Shown here in pieces: positions 1-8,906 of a stretch of DNA of 64,000 nucleotides (its first letter is position 1; the number at the start of each line of letters is the position of its first letter). Source of the stretch: an uncultured Spirochaetota bacterium (lineage in GTDB: Bacteria; Spirochaetota; UBA4802; UBA5550); assembly GCA_963827275.1 (NCBI GenBank), contig CAWHAA010000005.1, positions 192,001 through 256,000 of the forward strand. The letters run 5' to 3'. The position numbers were made by a program, and so were the translations under genes. The notes under the pieces are model-generated. The model did no database searches and had not been told where the DNA came from. It was given only the letters and a program-made list of their open reading frames with translations.

Positions 1-488
1 GACGTGACGGTGCTGGCGCCCGGCTTCCTGACGCCCCGCATCTCCATGCACAGGTGACGGGCCTTCACCACCACGCCTACGCCCTTGGGCCTGACATGGG
101 TCATGATCGCGTCCGCGATCTCCGTCGTGAAATGCTCCTGTATCTGGAGCTTCCTGCTGAACACGTCTACGATACGGGCCAGCTTGCTGATACCGACGAT
201 CCGCCTGTTGTCCGGCAGATAGGCGATATGGCATACGCCGAAAAAAGGCAGCATGTGGTGCTCGCACATCGAGTAGAAATGGATGTCCTTGACCAGCACC
301 ATCTCGTCATGGTCAAGCTCGTGCGCCTTGCCGAGGATCTCGGCAACGTCCTGCCGGTCCCCGCCGAAGATGTCCTGGTACATGCGCGCCACGCGGTCCG
401 GGGTCCCCTGCAGGCCGGGACGGCCCGGGTCCTCGCCGATGGCTTCAAGCATCTCTGTCACGGCTTTTCTTATTCTTTCAGCATCCAC
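1..488 (-). CDS. folE: GTP cyclohydrolase I (3' end runs off the window)
   Basis: Not in the ORF track. Manual minus-strand translation from GTG at 488 (GAGGA upstream) gives [24 protein letters not shown]...[20 protein letters not shown]...[20 protein letters not shown], the FolE signature motifs. Confidence 0.95.
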   Translation of the reverse strand, partial: MDAERIRKAVTEMLEAIGEDPGRPGLQGTPDRVARMYQDIFGGDRQDVAEILGKAHELDHDEMVLVKDIHFYSMCEHHMLPFFGVCHIAYLPDNRRIVGISKLARIVDVFSRKLQIQEHFTTEIADAIMTHVRPKGVGVVVKARHLCMEMRGVRKPGASTVT

Positions 489-705
489 CTTGTATTCCTC
501 CTCGCGCGGCAGGTGAGCGCCCGCGCCGACGCTGCCTGTTCTGTTCTCACGTCGCATTCTGTAATGAACGATCTATTTTACAATAAAAAAAAGCAACACC
601 GCCGCATGAATTTTCATCCCGCTTCCCAAAAATGTCTTGATTTTCATGAAACCATCGGGGCAATTTTATTCATAAACAGGGCACTATAACACGGCAGGGA
701 TAAAC

Positions 706-1221
706 GTGGCCAGACATCCGTCAGACGGCAAAATACAGAAGGTGTTCATCGGCAACCACCTCGAGGAGGCGGAAGACGCAACGCGGCATGTCACCAAAAA
801 CCTCTCGAAGTTCATTTCGACGAAGACCGTCAATCTTGCCCGTATAGCCCTGCGCGAGATAATCATCAACGCGATCGAGCACGGGAACCTGGAGATCTCC
901 TACAACGAAAAGACCGACGCGATCATGGGCGACAGGTATTTCGAGCTGATCGCGAGCCGCTGCGAGGACCCCAGGTACCGCGACCGTCGCGTCTGCATCG
1001 AATGTGCGATCGACGAAAAAAAGGCCGTTTATACCATCACGGACCAGGGGAAGGGCTTTGACCACGCACGTGTTGTCCGGGGCAACTCCAGCAGGGCAAA
1101 CCGGGAGATGCACGCCCACGGGCGGGGCATCTCCATGGCGAGAAACATCTTCAATTCGGTAAAATACAATAAAAAGGGCAACCGCGTCACCCTCGTGAAA
1201 AAATTCAGTCCGCAGTCCTGA
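706..1221 (+). CDS. HATPase_c ATP-binding protein, RsbW/anti-sigma-factor kinase-like
   Basis: N-box EIIINAIEHGN, G1 box ITDQGKGFD, G2 box HGRGISM, C-terminal YNKKGNRVTL. Confidence 0.85.
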   Translation: MARHPSDGKIQKVFIGNHLEEAEDATRHVTKNLSKFISTKTVNLARIALREIIINAIEHGNLEISYNEKTDAIMGDRYFELIASRCEDPRYRDRRVCIECAIDEKKAVYTITDQGKGFDHARVVRGNSSRANREMHAHGRGISMARNIFNSVKYNKKGNRVTLVKKFSPQS

Positions 1222-1299
1222 TTTTTTTGCCTGTCCACGCCGCCCGTTCGTATCCCCTTCATGCAGGGCGGCTGATACTCACTACCGGCGGGAGGACCA

Positions 1300-1995
1300 A
1301 TGAAAAACAGAGCTGTCATATTGTTGAGCGGCGGGATAGACTCCGCGACCGCGGCGGCGATCGCGATCGACCGTGGCTTTGACCTGAGCGCCCTCACCTT
1401 CTCGTACGGCCAGAAGCACGGCATAGAGGTGCTGCGCGCGAAGCGACTGGCCGAATTTTTCGGCATCGCCGACCATGCGGTGATCGAAATACCGACGGGC
1501 ATCTTCAGGTCGGCGCTCACCACCGGCTCCATCGCGGTGCCAAAAAACAGGGACAACCTCGCGGATGAAATCCCGGACACCTACGTGCCCGCGCGAAACA
1601 TCCTCTTTCTCTCCTACGCCCTGGCGCTGGCAGAATCGATCGGCGCGCGCCACATATTCATCGGGGCCACGGCCGTCGATTACAGCGGCTATCCCGACTG
1701 CAGGCCCGAGTTCTTCCGGGCCTTCAAGGAGATGGCGGACTGCGGCACGAAAGCCGGCGTCAGCGGCAGCGGATGTATCATCGAGACACCCCTCATCGAC
1801 ATGAGCAAAGCGGCAATCATACGCACCGGCGCCGGCCTCGGCGTGGATTATTCCCTCACGCACAGCTGCTACGACCCCGACCCTGACGGGTCCGCGTGCG
1901 GCGCCTGTGACAGCTGCAGTATCAGGATCAGGGGATTCAGGGAAGCCGGGATACCGGATCCGACGCGCTACCGGCGCGGGAGCGCAGACCGTTGA
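1300..1995 (+). CDS. queC: 7-cyano-7-deazaguanine synthase
   Basis: LSGGIDS PP-loop, YVPARN, DYSGYPDCRPEF, SCY...CGACDSC; GGAGG RBS. Confidence 0.97.
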   Translation: MKNRAVILLSGGIDSATAAAIAIDRGFDLSALTFSYGQKHGIEVLRAKRLAEFFGIADHAVIEIPTGIFRSALTTGSIAVPKNRDNLADEIPDTYVPARNILFLSYALALAESIGARHIFIGATAVDYSGYPDCRPEFFRAFKEMADCGTKAGVSGSGCIIETPLIDMSKAAIIRTGAGLGVDYSLTHSCYDPDPDGSACGACDSCSIRIRGFREAGIPDPTRYRRGSADR

Positions 1996-2696
1996 CCGGC
2001 CTGCTTGTCGATACGCTCTTCCCCTCCCGCTGCGCCGGGTGCGGGAGTCCCGTGAGGTCGGCAGACCGCCACCTCTGCCGGTCATGCTATGAGCGCATTG
2101 CCTATTGCGGCGACTGCTGCCCCGTCTGTTCCGGCCCCCTCGCAGGCGGGTCCTGCGTGACCTGCCCTGACCGCCACTGGTTTTTCAAGAAGCACGTCGC
2201 CGTCGCTGAATACGACGGAACCATCCGGAGCGTGCTCCACGGCCTTAAATTCCAGCGGATACGCGACCTTCATGTCGTATGCGGCTCCATCGCGCTGAAA
2301 AAACTCTCCGCAAGCGGGATACGGACCGATTACATCACCTGGGTCCCCATGAACGCCAGGAAAAAATGGGAGCGCGGATTCAACCAGGCGGAGCTGGTGG
2401 CGCGCCACCTGTCGCGAAAGACCGGAACACCCTGCCGCGGGTTCCTGGTAGAGCGGAGGGGTACACGCACCCAACGGGTGCTGGGCCTCAACGACAGGTT
2501 CATCAATGCCCTCGACCGGTATGCCGCCCGGGGGACGAGTACCCTTTCCGGCAGGAGCGTCCTGCTGGTTGATGACATCTTTACCACCGGGGCCACCATC
2601 AACGAATGCGCCCGCCAGCTCCATTCTGCCGGAGCGGGCGATATATTTTCCCTGACCATTGCCCGTGCCGATATAAAAAGACTTGAAAAGATATGA
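1992..2696 (+). CDS. comF: ComF family protein (double zinc ribbon plus phosphoribosyltransferase domain)
   Basis: N-terminal CxxC pairs, ERGFNQAEL, LLVDDIFTTGAT; 4-bp overlap with queC. Confidence 0.9.
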   Translation: MTGLLVDTLFPSRCAGCGSPVRSADRHLCRSCYERIAYCGDCCPVCSGPLAGGSCVTCPDRHWFFKKHVAVAEYDGTIRSVLHGLKFQRIRDLHVVCGSIALKKLSASGIRTDYITWVPMNARKKWERGFNQAELVARHLSRKTGTPCRGFLVERRGTRTQRVLGLNDRFINALDRYAARGTSTLSGRSVLLVDDIFTTGATINECARQLHSAGAGDIFSLTIARADIKRLEKI

Positions 2697-2780
2697 TTTT
2701 AACCCCAAAATGGGTCTTGCAATCAATATTGTTATTGACCCCTGCACAATACCGGGCTATATATGATATCTTCTGGAAAT

Positions 2781-2806
2781 AAAAGCCGCTGACAGGCGGT
2801 TTTTTT
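2781..2806 (+). terminator. Putative intrinsic terminator after queC-comF
   Basis: GCCGC/GCGGT stem (AAAAGCCGC-TGACAG-GCGGTTTTTTT) followed by a T run. Confidence 0.55.
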
Positions 2807-2940
2807 GCCGGACGTTCGTGGACAAGGGGACATTCCCCCTGGTACGATCATATCGCAGCAGGAAAAATTCCGGGACGTTTCAGGATAGTTAACCGTATAC
2901 TATTCCCGATAACCACTACCACAGCGCATGGAGTACGGAT

Positions 2941-3270
2941 ATGAAGAGAAAGTCGACTGATACTGTTGAAATAATCATCCTGGACGGCCGGATCGACCAG
3001 GATGGCTCGGAAGAGCTCGAAGGACTCCTCCAGGACTGCCTGGACAAGGGCAAAAACAACATATGCATCGACCTGATGGACGTAAAGCATATATGCAGCT
3101 CGGCCCTGGGCGTGCTTGTCGCCATCAAAAGAAGGATCAAGGACAATGAAGGGGACATCAAGCTCGTCATAGTGAATGACAACCTGCTGCGGCTTTTCGA
3201 GACTACCATGCTGGACAAGGTCTTCGAGATATACGAATCACAGCGCGAATGCCTCTCCACCTTTGACTGA
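2941..3270 (+). CDS. STAS-domain anti-sigma-factor antagonist
   Basis: 109 aa; IDLMDVKHICSSALGVL motif carrying the phosphoacceptor Ser. Confidence 0.9.
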   Translation: MKRKSTDTVEIIILDGRIDQDGSEELEGLLQDCLDKGKNNICIDLMDVKHICSSALGVLVAIKRRIKDNEGDIKLVIVNDNLLRLFETTMLDKVFEIYESQRECLSTFD

Positions 3271-3283
3271 CAGCGGCGCGCCC

Positions 3284-4260
3284 ATGGGCAAAGACCTGAA
3301 AACCATACTCGCGCCGCTCGACCGGCATCTCAGGGATGTTGACCGCGAAATTGAAATGGCCCTGAAGACCGGGGTGCCGATCATTGACGCGAGCTCTCTC
3401 CACCTGTTCCTGAGCGGCGGCAAGCGCATCCGGGCGTCACTGGTCATTCTCACCAGCGGCCTGCAGGTCAGAGATCCCCGACGGCATCATCAAGCTCGCC
3501 GCCGCGACCGAAATTGTGCACGCCGCGTCCCTCATACACGACGACATCATCGACCAGTCGATGTTCCGCCGCGGCAATGTCACCGTCCCGCAGAAATGGG
3601 GCAACAAGGTCTCGGTGCTCGCGGGCGATTTCATGTATTCCGTCGCCCTCAACCTGGCGATCAGCGACGGGAACCCGGCCATCTTCCCCCTCATGGTGAA
3701 CGGCACGAAGGACATGGTCATGGGCGAGCTGTGCCAGCTCGAGTACGCCGATATCACGACCGCGTCGCGCGAACATTACTTGACCATCATCGAGCTCAAG
3801 ACCGCGCGCTTCATGGGCTCCTGCGCAAAGCTCGGCGCTACCAAGTCGGGCCTCGACAGGGCGGAGACGGAGCAACTCTACCGCTTCGGCCTCAACCTGG
3901 GATTTGCGTTCCAGATCATCGATGACACCCTGGACATCATGCAGAATGCCGACCATATCGGCAAGGACGCGGGGAGCGATTTCAAGGACGGCAAAATCAC
4001 ACTCCCCTTCCTCTACCTCATCGAGACCGGCGGCCCCGAGGCGCTGAAAACACTGAAGCGGTACATCGCCGGGCCCGAACCGGCGCTGTGGCAGTCGATA
4101 GTCAGGCAGCCTCGCCGATTCCGGCGCCATAGACTACTCGGTGCGATTTGCGGGCGCATACATCAATCAGGCCCGGGAAATCCTCGGGCAATTCCCCGAT
4201 TCACAATCCAGGAAAATCCTCTTCGAGCTGTCCGATTTTCTCCTGGACCGGACCTATTGA
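3284..4260 (+). CDS. Polyprenyl (hepta/octaprenyl) diphosphate synthase, frameshifted twice (about 3470 and 4105)
   Basis: GGKRIR in one frame, ASLIHDDIID...RRG and FQIIDDTLD...GKITLP in the next, C-terminus LFELSDFLLDRTY* ending at 4260. Likely assembly indels rather than a real pseudogene. Confidence 0.85.
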
Positions 4261-4403
4261 TCGTACAGGCCTGGCGGGAGTCATCCCGCCGATAAAAAAC
4301 ATCGCGTATTCAAACATATAATTTTTATAAATTTCAGTTGTAATTATTTGTACTCAAATTATACTTGAATCACGTGTTGAGTACCCGGCAGCGGAGAGGC
4401 GCT

Positions 4404-4626
4404 ATGATCACGAAAGAGAAAGAGGAACTTCTCAAGTATCTACAACCTCGGGCTTACCGCATACAAGCAGAGAAAGTGGGACGAGTCCATCAGGGCCTTT
4501 CAGAAAGCGCTCGAAATCGACCCGAAAGACGGACCTTCCGGCGAGTACCTGAAACGCTGCCGCGATTTCAAGGAGACCCCTCCCCCGAAAAACTGGGACG
4601 GCGTCTACGTGATGAAGACAAAATAG
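4404..4626 (+). CDS. Small TPR protein (about 73 aa; frameshift near 4440)
   Basis: MITKEKEELLKY then, one frame over, NLGLTAYKQRKWDESIRAFQKALEIDPKDGPSGEYLKRC...PPPKNWDGVYVMKTK*; GAGG RBS upstream. Confidence 0.7.
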
Positions 4627-4644
4627 CATACGGCGGACGGCATA

Positions 4645-5106
4645 ATGACTAAAAAAGTTATCCAGATAAACAAGAACCCGGTTTACGATGACGGGATGGT
4701 GACCACGGTATTCAGCAAGGACACCGAATTCTTCGGCGATCTTTCTTTTAAGAAGTCGCTCCAGATAAACGGCTACTTTGAAGGCGAGATCGTATCCGGC
4801 GGCTTTCTGGTCGTCGGCGAGGGGGCCGTGGTGAAAGCGAATATCCGCGCCAAGACGGTCATCCTCATGGGCACGGTGCATGGCAATATCGAGGCGTCCC
4901 AGCGCCTCGAAATACATTCATCCGGCAAACTCTACGGGAACATCAGGACCGCCAAGCTCCAGATCGCGGACGGCGTGGTGTTCGAGGGCACCTGCGAGAT
5001 GATCAAGGGCGACGCGAAAAAACAGGACAAGGAAGAGGACGAGAAAGAGGGCGCGGGGTCCCGGCAAAGGAGCAGCCGCGCAATCCTGACACCCGGGCAT
5101 GCCTGA
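4645..5106 (+). CDS. Bactofilin (polymer-forming cytoskeletal protein, CcmA family)
   Basis: Beta-helix repeats: LQINGYFEGEI, VGEGAVVKANI, GTVHGNI, GKLYGNIRTAKLQIADGVVFEG. The C-terminal tail may carry an indel. Confidence 0.9.
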   Translation: MTKKVIQINKNPVYDDGMVTTVFSKDTEFFGDLSFKKSLQINGYFEGEIVSGGFLVVGEGAVVKANIRAKTVILMGTVHGNIEASQRLEIHSSGKLYGNIRTAKLQIADGVVFEGTCEMIKGDAKKQDKEEDEKEGAGSRQRSSRAILTPGHA

Positions 5107-5107
5107 C

Positions 5108-6109
5108 ATGGAAAAGCACGAAGCAGCCTTCTATGAAAAACTGCGACCGGGGAAGCGTGCGATGCACGCTCTGCCCGCACAACTGCGTCATCCAGGAAGG
5201 CAAAGCAGGAATCTGCGGCGTCCGCACCAACAGCGGCGGCGACCTTCTCACCGGGATATACGGCCGTCTCACCGTCCATGGCGATGGACCCCGTAGAAAA
5301 AAAACCTCTGTACCATTTCCATCCCGGCGGCAGCATACTCTCAATCGGCACCAAGGGCTGCAACATGAAGTGCCCCTATTGCCAGAACTGGCACATATCA
5401 CAGGACCGCATGGCCCGCACCACCTATTACGTCACCCGAAAAAATCGTCGAGGCTGCGATCGCCGAGGGGTCCGTCGGAATCGCCTACACCTATTCCGAG
5501 CCGATCATCTGGTTCGAATACGTGCGCGACACCGCCATACTCGCACGGAGAAGCGGCCTTGCCAATGTGATGGTGACCAACGGCTTCATCAATCCCGGGC
5601 CGCTCGGACAGCTCCTTGACCATATCGACGCGATGAACATCGACCTGAAAACCTTCCGCGACGAGACCATGCGGCACGTGCAGAAGGCCCGCCTCCCCGA
5701 GGTGCTGGAAACGATCAAGACCGCACACGGGCGCGGCTGTCATATCGAGCTCACCACCCTGGTGATCACCGGGATCAATGACGACATGGATGAGATGAGG
5801 GACATCATCGACTTCATCGCCTCGGTCGACAACAACATACCCTGGCACATATCGCGGTACCACCCGAGCTACAAGTACGACCGCCCCGCCACCGATGTCG
5901 GGTTCATGATGAAGGTGCATGCTGAAGCCGAGAAAAAGCTCAACTTTGTTTACTGCGGCAATGTATCTTCGAGTGAAGGAGGCCACGACACCCGGTGCCC
6001 CTCCTGCAAAGCGACGGTCATCAGGAGGAGCGGGTATTCCACGCGTATCGACGGGCTTGACGGCGGCAGGTGCGCGCAGTGCGGCCGCGAACTGGGAATC
6101 ATCAGGTAA
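5108..6109 (+). CDS. amrS: AmmeMemoRadiSam system radical SAM enzyme, three frameshifts (about 5140, 5270, 5438)
   Basis: Pieces across frames: HEAAFYEK / VRCTLCPHNC...GICGVR / DPVEKKPLYHFHPG...GCNMKCPYCQNWHISQ / IAYTYSEPIIWFEY...NIDLK...PWHISRYHPSYK...TRCPSC. Confidence 0.88.
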
Positions 6110-6137
6110 ACGCGGGGGGATAGACCGCCGTACGGAG

Positions 6138-6512
6138 TTACGCCATGCTGTGTTCGAGCCTGCCTGATTTCAGCTTGAGGACGTACCGGTTTTCAAGCTC
6201 TGAACGGACAGTAATGGCGAAATAGCGGCTCAGGCGTGCGACCTCAAAGAGCCTCTGCAGCACCGGCTTGATATCATAAAAAATAAGCATGATATCGTTA
6301 TCAGCGGCGTAGTTTAGAAACTGGACGATAAACCCAATGGCGGAGGAATCGACCGAATCGAGCGCTTCGCACTTGAGCGCGATCGTGCGGGGGCCCCGCT
6401 CGGCCTGTTCGATTATGAACGACTTGACCTGCATCAGATTGTCCATGTTAAAGGACCCCCTGATGTGGATCACCGATATTTCACCTAATTGTTCTGCGTG
6501 GAGATCTATCAT
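6138..6512 (-). CDS. STAS-domain protein
   Basis: LDSVDSSAIGFIV and LFEVARL motifs; 124 aa. Confidence 0.85.
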   Translation of the reverse strand: MIDLHAEQLGEISVIHIRGSFNMDNLMQVKSFIIEQAERGPRTIALKCEALDSVDSSAIGFIVQFLNYAADNDIMLIFYDIKPVLQRLFEVARLSRYFAITVRSELENRYVLKLKSGRLEHSMA

Positions 6513-6676
6513 AATAACAACCGGAAACTGACACTTCAGTTCACACTATAACGCGAGCCGGCTTTGTCAAGTACTTCATGTTATTTTTATAAGTCCCGGC
6601 ATCCGGTTTTTATTCGACCCGCACCCCGGTTGCCATGCCAATTGCCAGCCCCGCGATACATCCCTGCGCCGATCAG

Positions 6677-6709
6677 AAAAAAAACGGCAGTGCTGTCACT
6701 GCCGTTTTT
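6677..6709 (-). terminator. Intrinsic terminator of the qrc-like operon (possibly bidirectional)
   Basis: AAAAACGGCAGTG-CTGT-CACTGCCGTTTTT hairpin with an 8-T run on the minus strand, about 20 nt after the 6732 stop. Confidence 0.8.
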
Positions 6710-6731
6710 GTCATAATCACAATAGCGAATA

Positions 6732-8048
6732 TTATGCGTGATGCTCCCCGCCCTCCTGGTGCGCATGCTCGGCATGGGGGAAGAGCGGCGTGTATTTCGC
6801 GAACCACATGTAGATGAGTATCATGACCGAGAGGCCGCCCAGGAATATGAACCATTCCTGTACGGTCGGGTTGTATCCGATGAACCCCTTCCAGGGGAAG
6901 TTCGGCACGGACGAGCCGTTCATCACGACGAAAATCTTGTTCACAAACAGGGCGCCGGCCGCGCTGCTGATGCCGATGAGAAACGTCTTTTCCTGTTCGC
7001 GGTTCTTCTTTATCAGCAGCATCGCGATTGCGACAATCATGAGAATGAATTCAATCGCGATCATCCACCAGCCGTAATATCCTCCCAGGAGGTCCGCGTA
7101 GGTCCTGTCAAAGAGCGGGGCCCACTTGGTCGCCAGCAGGGTGACATCGATCGCCCGCGCGATCATGTAGACGGTTATCATGATACCGGAAACCTTGGCG
7201 ATCGAATAGAAGCTCTCTTTGGGAACAACTTCTTTCTTCATGACCTTCCCGGCAATATAGGCGCACAGCGTCATGAAGGCCGTTCCGCCCGCGGTCGCAC
7301 CGATGATGACGACCAGGAAGTAAATGTGGTGCGCCCTGAACCATGCGGCCTTGCCGTACATGACGTCCCACATGCCGCCGCCCAGTGAGCCCTGGTGGAA
7401 GCAGGAGAGGAACGTGCCGGCCGCGGCGAAGATCCACATGAGCCGGTGGAGGTAGTGGCCGATATAATGAAGCGCGGGGATCGCGTCCAGGATCTTGTGC
7501 TTCAGCACGACCGGGATGAGCTCAACGCAGAGGATCATGAAATAGAGGGTCAGACACCAGACTACTTCTGTCAGCATCGACTGCGGCATCAGGTTCGGTC
7601 CCCAGTTGGGGTAGGTGTAGCCGAACCACGCCCGGATCGGCTGGCCGATGTCAAACACCAGGAAAACCAGGGTGAAGAGGTAGCACATGAACCCGATGAG
7701 CACCGTTGAATTGATGAAGGGCTCCAGCTTGTCGTTTCTGAAAATGTACAACAAAAACCCCGTGGTGAACGCGCCGCCGCCAAGGCCCACCAGGCCGAGG
7801 TCGCCGATGATCCACTGGCCGAAAGGATAGGCATTGCTCATGTCGGTGTACCCGAGCCCCCAGAACAGTATCTGAATGCCGAAGATGCCGAAGAGGACAA
7901 CCAGCAACACCAGTACCGCCAGGAAGACGCGGATGTTCCGTGTATAGCTCATATATTCATCCAGCAAGAATTTCGTCACCTTGTTCTTGCCCAGGAGGTT
8001 CCTCAGGGGAGCGAGTACCTTGTCAAGTGTATTGAATACTTTTTCCAA
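6732..8048 (-). CDS. qrcD: NrfD/PsrC-family integral membrane quinone-interacting subunit, QrcD-type
   Basis: About 10 TM helices; FGQWIIGDL, DIGQPIRAWFGY, SMLTEVVWC and FLSCFHQGSLGG closely match Desulfovibrio QrcD as recalled; last gene of a 4-gene operon. Confidence 0.85.
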   Translation of the reverse strand: MEKVFNTLDKVLAPLRNLLGKNKVTKFLLDEYMSYTRNIRVFLAVLVLLVVLFGIFGIQILFWGLGYTDMSNAYPFGQWIIGDLGLVGLGGGAFTTGFLLYIFRNDKLEPFINSTVLIGFMCYLFTLVFLVFDIGQPIRAWFGYTYPNWGPNLMPQSMLTEVVWCLTLYFMILCVELIPVVLKHKILDAIPALHYIGHYLHRLMWIFAAAGTFLSCFHQGSLGGGMWDVMYGKAAWFRAHHIYFLVVIIGATAGGTAFMTLCAYIAGKVMKKEVVPKESFYSIAKVSGIMITVYMIARAIDVTLLATKWAPLFDRTYADLLGGYYGWWMIAIEFILMIVAIAMLLIKKNREQEKTFLIGISSAAGALFVNKIFVVMNGSSVPNFPWKGFIGYNPTVQEWFIFLGGLSVMILIYMWFAKYTPLFPHAEHAHQEGGEHHA

Positions 8049-8087
8049 AGCTGTTCTCCTTCTATGAAATTATTGCATCAATCATGG

Positions 8088-8891
8088 TTATTTAAACTTC
8101 ATCATTTCCTTGATCCAGGCCTTGCTGGTGAGATAGTAAACTTTCGGATTCGGGAAATGCTTGACATGCATCATCTTCTCTTTCGTTTTCTCGTCCTTGT
8201 CGTCGATCGTATGGACCAGGCGGAACTTCCTGGCGCCCTCTTTCACGAGGAGCTGGCTCAGCTCTGAATTCGGGTCATCGAGGTCGCCGAACACCATCGC
8301 GCCGGTCGGGCAGGAAGCCACGCAGGCCGGGGTATAGAGGACGTCGTTGATGTCGAGGTTGCCGGCCGCCACCGCCTTGTCGCGCTCGCGTTTCCAGATA
8401 TGGCTGCAGAACTGGCACTTGACCACGGTCCCGCGGGAGGCCACCGATACGTCCGGGTTGAGGGAATTCTTGAACGATCCCTCGTATTTCGGCTTCCACC
8501 AGTTGAAGGCCCGCGCCTCGTAGGGGCACGACGCCTGGCAGTACCGGCAGCCGATACAGCGCGACCACACCTGGCTGACGACCCCGTCGTCGCCGACATC
8601 GGTCGCCACGACCGGGCAGACCGATACGCAGGGCGGTCTCGGGTTCTTCGGGTCATTGCCTTCGCACTGCTGGCACATCTTCGGTATAAAGCAGACCTCG
8701 ACGTCGGGATACTTGGCGTCGCGGTCATTGGTGACTTTCATGAGGTCGAGGAACTGCACGCGCTTCGGCAGATCGGAATCGTCCTCGAACACCGGCATGT
8801 TGTTCTCCTGCGCGCAGGCGATGGCGCAGGTGCCGCAGCCCGTGCACTTGTCCAGATCTATTGCCATTCCCCATCTTCTTTTCATTTTCAT
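8088..8891 (-). CDS. qrcC: 4Fe-4S ferredoxin-type electron-transfer subunit (NrfC/PsrB family), QrcC-type
   Basis: WGMAIDLDKCTGCGTCAIACAQENN, CQQC..PPCVSVCPVVAT, RCIGCRYCQASCPY, KCQFC, ACVASCPTGA. Confidence 0.88.
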   Translation of the reverse strand: MKMKRRWGMAIDLDKCTGCGTCAIACAQENNMPVFEDDSDLPKRVQFLDLMKVTNDRDAKYPDVEVCFIPKMCQQCEGNDPKNPRPPCVSVCPVVATDVGDDGVVSQVWSRCIGCRYCQASCPYEARAFNWWKPKYEGSFKNSLNPDVSVASRGTVVKCQFCSHIWKRERDKAVAAGNLDINDVLYTPACVASCPTGAMVFGDLDDPNSELSQLLVKEGARKFRLVHTIDDKDEKTKEKMMHVKHFPNPKVYYLTSKAWIKEMMKFK

Positions 8892-8906
8892 ATCCGTGTA
8901 TACCTC

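Noticed and set aside
54..689. 211-aa plus-strand ORF and similar long antisense ORFs (e.g. 14013-15356, 26074-27273, 51322-52467, 60121-61956)
   Set aside because: These are shadow ORFs opposite clearly recognisable genes (folE, MORN protein, LTA synthase, fusA, comEC), which is expected in GC-rich DNA.
1239..1272. Possible preQ1-I riboswitch upstream of queC (GCCGCCC stem, loop starting GTTCG)
   Set aside because: The loop is too long and the required A-rich 3' tail is absent.
1..1995. folE plus queC as part of a dpd 7-deazaguanine DNA-modification island
   Set aside because: No dpdA/tgt paralogue, queD/E or defence genes nearby; ordinary folate/queuosine genes are sufficient.
5108..6109. 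Programmed frameshifting in amrS
   Set aside because: Three shifts in one gene, amid neighbours with the same lesions, fit assembly error better.
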